Source: Phycisphaerae bacterium
Lineage (GTDB): Bacteria; Planctomycetota; Phycisphaerae; UBA1845; Fen-1342
DNA length: 64,000 nucleotides
Reading direction: 5' to 3'
Assembly: GCA_050115495.1 (NCBI GenBank)
Contig: JASFQK010000013.1
Span: 64,001 to 128,000 of the forward strand
Shown here: piece after piece, positions 60,201 to 64,000 of the stretch
How positions within the stretch are numbered: position 1 is the first letter of the stretch
How the letters are laid out: each line of letters starts with the position of its first letter
Notes under the pieces: generated by a model
What the model was told of the DNA's origin: nothing
Database searches by the model: none
Seen by the model: only the letters and a program-made list of their open reading frames with translations
Translations under genes and position numbers: made by a program

Positions 60201-60403
60201 AACTGCCGGCGCCCGCCGAGCCCGGCCTGCATTGCGTGCCCTGGGACCTGCGCCGCGCTCCCGCCGAGGGCGAACGCGGTCCGGGACCCCTCGTGCCGGC
60301 GGGTCCGTACCGGGTCGAGCTGACCGTCGGCGACGAGGTGCTGACGCAAACGCTGGAAGTGGAGACGGATCCCGTCTATCCGGACTACCGACCGTGGGAG
60401 TGA
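57239..60403 (+). CDS. Secreted VPS10/BNR-repeat glycosyl-hydrolase-like protein with inserted PDZ domain
   Basis: IGPANMGGRI; many S.DGG.TW repeats; GPAAQAGLQTGDVV PDZ motif. Confidence 0.9.
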   Translation: MPSLALNRVKLGLALLGLLGGLCQAATAAEPNGISPALPDRWVDTFHWRCIGPANMGGRISALAVYEADSTCWWAATASGGLLKTINNGITFEHQFDREATVSIGDVAVAQSNRDIVWVGTGENNPRNSVSWGDGVYKSVDGGRTWQNMGLRESFQIGRIAIHPTNPDIVYIGALGRLWGPNEQRGLFKTTDGGRTWQNVLYIDDRTGVIDVAMHPTDPQTLIVATYERQRDGFDSNDPAKKFGPGSGLYKTTDGGATWYKLTRGLPTCHLGRIGIDYYRADPNIVYVVLESARIGHVPPNAAYAGFRGEDVEVGARLVEIVDDGPAAQAGLQTGDVVTRLDDVGINSYGDLLREVRRHAAGNTVSVEVSRERKSVPVELTFGKRSGREDERSPFDAGLGGQEANLQDQQGGEGYEYGGVYRSIDGGESWQRINSVNPRPMYFSQVRVDPRDNNYIWVLGMALHRSVDGGKTFTNDGAREAHVDHHAMWIDPQNGRHLILGNDGGVYVSYDRGDRWDYHNHMAIGQYYHVTVSPRRDYRVYGGLQDNGTWGGPSRSRSGPGPVNADWTLLGWGDGFVCCVDRDQPDLVYFESQNGWMGRYDYATAERGWIRPEGGRGNLYRFNWKTPYLLSHHNPRLFYVAANYVFRSLDRGEKLKRISPEITRTSEGSATALAESPLDEGLLYVGTDDGLLWVTRDGGHTWHKVTDFPTQTRAWSRVKDFAGKIWTQMAATATAPAETQPATEPVTQPTTRPMSQPTSAPATRPATPTSAPAGDEPRRLVDLLPGPRFISAVEPSRFEPGRVYLTLDAHRSNDDELYVFVSEDHGQTWRSLRANLPTAAGSTRVIREDLYNPDLLYLGTEFGAWVSIDRGGSWTRLRGNLPTVAVHEFAIHPTAGEIVIATHGRSLWALDVTALRQMTPDVVRQPAFLYEPNHAIYWREDLPRGAGTARYFYGENPPAGAQVYYSLTEKPDRIHLKITDLAGEVLCELPAPAEPGLHCVPWDLRRAPAEGERGPGPLVPAGPYRVELTVGDEVLTQTLEVETDPVYPDYRPWE

Positions 60404-60626
60404 ATCCGTAGCCCGACGGCCGTCGACGCACTCTATTCGCAACTTTTATCGGGCAGAGGGGCCGCCAATCCGTCCTGCCGTGCGCCACGCGCGTTTCCTG
60501 CCCAACCGGCGGCGTGGTCTGGATAAGAAGCGCTACCGGTTCTCCCCCTTAAAGGGTTATAGTGCATGTTCCGGGGGAACAGCGGCGCTGTGGAGTGGAA
60601 CCGCAGATCTCAGAGGAGTCAGAAGT

Positions 60627-63176
60627 ATGGCCAGCACGATGTGGACGTGGCGCGGCGTGTTGACGCTCGCCGCCGTGGTTGTGGTATGGGCGGGAAGCGG
60701 AGTTGGGGCGGCCGCACAGGCGGTTGCACCCGGGTCGGCGCCGGAGTCGTCATGGGGGGAGGGCTGGGAAACCCCGCAGGTCATGGTTGGTCCGGTCGAG
60801 CGGCTGGTCCCGCCGACCGCGGGCGACGTGCAGTCCACCGGGCGCGGTCTGACGCTTGATTTCGTGTCGGTGAACGTCCCGCCCGAGGGCGACGCGCCGA
60901 CCGAGCTGGCGTTCACGCCCGATGGAGCGCACATCATCATCGCCCATCGTGACAGTCAGAACCTGGTGGTGTTCGACGCAGCCACGCGCCTCGTCGTGCA
61001 GGTCATCCCGCTGTCCGGCTCGCCGGGCTCGCTCGCCATTTCCTCCGACGGGTTGTACGCCGTGACGGCGAACCTCTTTGAGGACACCGCCTCGATCGTC
61101 GATCTGACGACCGGCACGGAGACGGCCGTGGTGCCCGTCGGTGACCAGCCGGGAACGGCGCGGATCACGCCCGACGGCACGACCGCCATCATCGGCAACA
61201 CCGTGGACAGCACGCTCTCCGTGGTGGACATCGCCACGGCGACGGAGCTGCGGCGGATCCCGGATGCGGGCTTCAATCAGGTTACGAGCTGGGGGGCCTG
61301 GGCGATCACGTACCGCTTCACCGACTTCGTCATCACGCCCGACGGGGCGACGATCATCTTCCCCGATGCCCCGAACGACCGGATCGACTTCTTCGACATC
61401 GCGACCGGTGCCCTGAACGCCGTGTCGTGCGGCGCGGATCCGTGGGCCGTCGCCCTCAGCGCGGACGGGCTGACGGCTGTGGTCTCGCACGGCTACCCGC
61501 TCTCGCAGGTGACGGTGCTCGACGTGGCGACGCAGTCGATCAACAAGGAGATCCCGACGGGGGCCAGCGCGACGTCGGCCCCGCCGATCACCATCAATCC
61601 GGAGGGCACGAAGGCAGTCATCGCCGTGCAGAACGCGGTGTGCGTCGTGACCCTGGCGACCAGCGCCGTCTCGGGCAACCTGTCGACGGGCGCCGTCAAC
61701 TTCCTGCGCACGACGGCGGACGGACAGTACTGCGTCGTGGGTGGCTACATGGGCAGCATCGTCAGCTACGCCACGCAGTCGATCGTGAAGAACCCGCTGA
61801 GCACGACCACGCCGGACGCCCTCGCCGTCTCGCCGGTCGACGCCCGCGCGGCCACGGCCCACGCTCTGCGCAAGGAGTTCATGGAGGTGATCAACACGGC
61901 CGGTTCGGCCGGGTACCAGGAAGGCGTCGTGCCGACCGGGCCGTTGCCGGAGGGCGACAAGGCTCGCGCCGTGGCCGTCACGCCCGACGGGCAGACCGCC
62001 GTGGTCATCAACAACCACAGCAACAACGCGACGATCATCGACCTGCCCTCGCGGACGATCACCGGCGTCGCCGACGTGGGCCTGCGTCCCGGCGACGTGG
62101 CCGTCACGCCCGACGGCGCGCGGGCCGTTGTGACCAACCTTGATTCGACGTTCGTAAGCGTGGTCAACTTGGCCGACGCCTCGGTGACCAACGTCGCCGT
62201 CTCCTATCGCGACAGTCTGGTCGTGATGTCCCCCGATGGGCAATACGCTTACGTCTCGGTCGTGGCCAGCGGCGACGGCGTCTGGCGGGTCAACATGACG
62301 ACCCTCAGCACCGAAGGCCCGCGGATCTCCACCGGCAACATGGGCAGCGTCGGCTATGCCTTCGAGGCGGCCAGCGGCGTGACCCTTAGCCACGACGGGC
62401 TGACGCTCGCCGTGTGCGGCAGCTTCACCAACGATGTGTCCGTGATCGACACGGCGACCTGGGCCGAGGTAGCCCGCGTGCCTGTGGGGACCTTCCCGGT
62501 CCGGGCCTGCTTCTCGCCGGATGACTCGCTCATCTACGTCAGCAACAAGAACGACGATACCGTCTCGGTGATGACGAACGCCGGCTCCGGCTCGACGGTC
62601 GTGGACACGATCAACGTCGGCGACCAACCCTTCGAACTGGTCACCAACCCGGCCGGTACCAAGCTGTACGTCGCCAACTTCGCCTCGCGCAGCGTCTCCG
62701 TCGTGGATCTGCCTGCCAACGTCGTGACCAACACGATCCCGATTCCGCAGACGAACGACGCGGGCCAGCCGATCGGCCTCCGCATGGCAGCCAGCGGCAG
62801 CGCCTTCTACGTCGCGGCCAACGGCGCCGACTTCCACGTCATCGACACCGCAACCGAGACCATCACCGACACGATCAACACGGGCCTCGCCCCGACCGAG
62901 CTCCAGATCAACGAGGCCACGCGCTGCGCCTTCATGCCCTCGCCCAACGGCGGCGACGGCGTGTCGATCGTCTCGCTCGGCCTGGTGGGCGACCTGAACT
63001 GCGACGGGATCGTGAACAACTTCGACATCACCGCGTTCATCAAGGCCCTGACGGACCCGGCCGGCTACGGCGTGGTGTACCCGAACTGCGATGTGAATCT
63101 CGCCGACGTCAACGGCGACGGTCTGGTGAACAACTTCGACATCAGCCCGTTCATCGATCTGCTGACCGGCGGGTAG
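60627..63176 (+). CDS. YVTN/YncE beta-propeller protein with C-terminal dockerin-like domain
   Basis: Repeated VPVG..P..TPDG..V.N..SVVD; tail GDLNCDGIVNNFDI...[16 protein letters not shown]. Confidence 0.9.
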   Translation: MASTMWTWRGVLTLAAVVVVWAGSGVGAAAQAVAPGSAPESSWGEGWETPQVMVGPVERLVPPTAGDVQSTGRGLTLDFVSVNVPPEGDAPTELAFTPDGAHIIIAHRDSQNLVVFDAATRLVVQVIPLSGSPGSLAISSDGLYAVTANLFEDTASIVDLTTGTETAVVPVGDQPGTARITPDGTTAIIGNTVDSTLSVVDIATATELRRIPDAGFNQVTSWGAWAITYRFTDFVITPDGATIIFPDAPNDRIDFFDIATGALNAVSCGADPWAVALSADGLTAVVSHGYPLSQVTVLDVATQSINKEIPTGASATSAPPITINPEGTKAVIAVQNAVCVVTLATSAVSGNLSTGAVNFLRTTADGQYCVVGGYMGSIVSYATQSIVKNPLSTTTPDALAVSPVDARAATAHALRKEFMEVINTAGSAGYQEGVVPTGPLPEGDKARAVAVTPDGQTAVVINNHSNNATIIDLPSRTITGVADVGLRPGDVAVTPDGARAVVTNLDSTFVSVVNLADASVTNVAVSYRDSLVVMSPDGQYAYVSVVASGDGVWRVNMTTLSTEGPRISTGNMGSVGYAFEAASGVTLSHDGLTLAVCGSFTNDVSVIDTATWAEVARVPVGTFPVRACFSPDDSLIYVSNKNDDTVSVMTNAGSGSTVVDTINVGDQPFELVTNPAGTKLYVANFASRSVSVVDLPANVVTNTIPIPQTNDAGQPIGLRMAASGSAFYVAANGADFHVIDTATETITDTINTGLAPTELQINEATRCAFMPSPNGGDGVSIVSLGLVGDLNCDGIVNNFDITAFIKALTDPAGYGVVYPNCDVNLADVNGDGLVNNFDISPFIDLLTGG

Positions 63177-63295
63177 CGTGCGGGTCGGATCGGCCGCGGC
63201 CCCCGGGCCGCCGTCCGTCCGTCACGCAACGTATATGAATATCGGGTTACCTGTTGCCAGGGGCGCCGCCCCGGGGTCTGCAAGCAAGGAGAAAC

Positions 63296-64000
63296 ATGAT
63301 GCGGGTCACACTGAACACACGCGTGCTGCACGCGCACGGTCTCATCTTCGCCAGTATGCTGGCGGCCGTCACCCTGCTGGTGGCCGCGCCGCAGGCACAG
63401 GCCGGCGCACGGCGCACGGGCAACTATCTCATCATCATGGCCAGCGACTACGCCGATTCCGCCCCGATGAACGACCTCATCGCGGCCAAGACCGCGCAGG
63501 GCCTGAACGTCATGACCTACGTGCCCGCGATCGGCGAAACCAACCAGCAAATCAAGGACTACATCGCCACTCTCTGGACCACGCCGAACAAGCCGCGCTA
63601 CATCCTGCTGGTCGGCGACACCGACGGCTTCAACGCCACCGCCCAGTGCGTTCCGCACTGGGAGGGCAGCGCCAGCAAGCATGCCGCCACCGACTTGCCC
63701 TACGCCTGCATGGACGGCGCCGGTGACTGGAAGCCGGACATCGCCGTCGGCCGCTACTCCGTCCGCAACGTCAACACGCTGCGGGCCGTCGTGGACAAGA
63801 CGCTCTACGTCGAGGCCGGCGTCTACGACGACCCCGACTACGTCAAGCGGGCGGCCTTCCTGGCCACTAACGACACCAGCTCCGGCGCCGAGGAGACGCA
63901 CGACTGGGTGATCGACAACCTCCTCGTGCCGAACGACTACACCTGCACGAAGATCTACGCCCGCCTGGGTGGCAACACCGCCGACATCACCAACGCGGTG
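63296..64000 (+). CDS. Peptidase C25 (gingipain-like), truncated by the window end
   Basis: Signal peptide; NYLII, YILLVGD, TDLPY..DG..D..PDIAVGR; AAGGAG RBS. Not in the ORF track. Confidence 0.85.
   Translation, partial: MMRVTLNTRVLHAHGLIFASMLAAVTLLVAAPQAQAGARRTGNYLIIMASDYADSAPMNDLIAAKTAQGLNVMTYVPAIGETNQQIKDYIATLWTTPNKPRYILLVGDTDGFNATAQCVPHWEGSASKHAATDLPYACMDGAGDWKPDIAVGRYSVRNVNTLRAVVDKTLYVEAGVYDDPDYVKRAAFLATNDTSSGAEETHDWVIDNLLVPNDYTCTKIYARLGGNTADITNAV

Overview
GC-rich bacterial chromosomal window, probably Planctomycetota (Phycisphaerae-like). This is an inference from the TIGR02999-type ECF sigma/Ser-Thr kinase pair, several dockerin-like anchored secreted proteins and the REP types. Housekeeping genes: nikR (partial), two tRNA-Ser, selB, eno, an ftsB-like gene, htpX, a MacB/LolD-type ABC exporter, a HAD phosphatase and a radical SAM protein. 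Accessory content: (1) a tandemly duplicated 5.1-5.6 kb cassette next to tRNA-Ser(GCT). Each copy has an uncharacterised ~420-aa HTH protein divergent from a conserved ~60-aa leader ORF and two paralogous secreted W-repeat propellers, with a conserved palindrome GATTCTC-N3-GAGAATC between them. This is the best candidate for an undescribed system. (2) A pseudoenzyme cluster: pseudokinase-helical-TM-FGE-like protein, a lipoprotein and a degenerate CHAT-like protein. (3) An MqsR / MqsA-DUF4065 / HEPN-like module between thuA and a decayed thuA copy. (4) A pair of orphan paralogues. (5) An AlkP-AlkP-small 'RLRGLGYL' protein-membrane protein operon. (6) Many REP-like, heptamer and palindromic elements. 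I saw no CRISPR array, integrase, transposase or reverse transcriptase. All calls come from reading motifs by eye; no searches were run.
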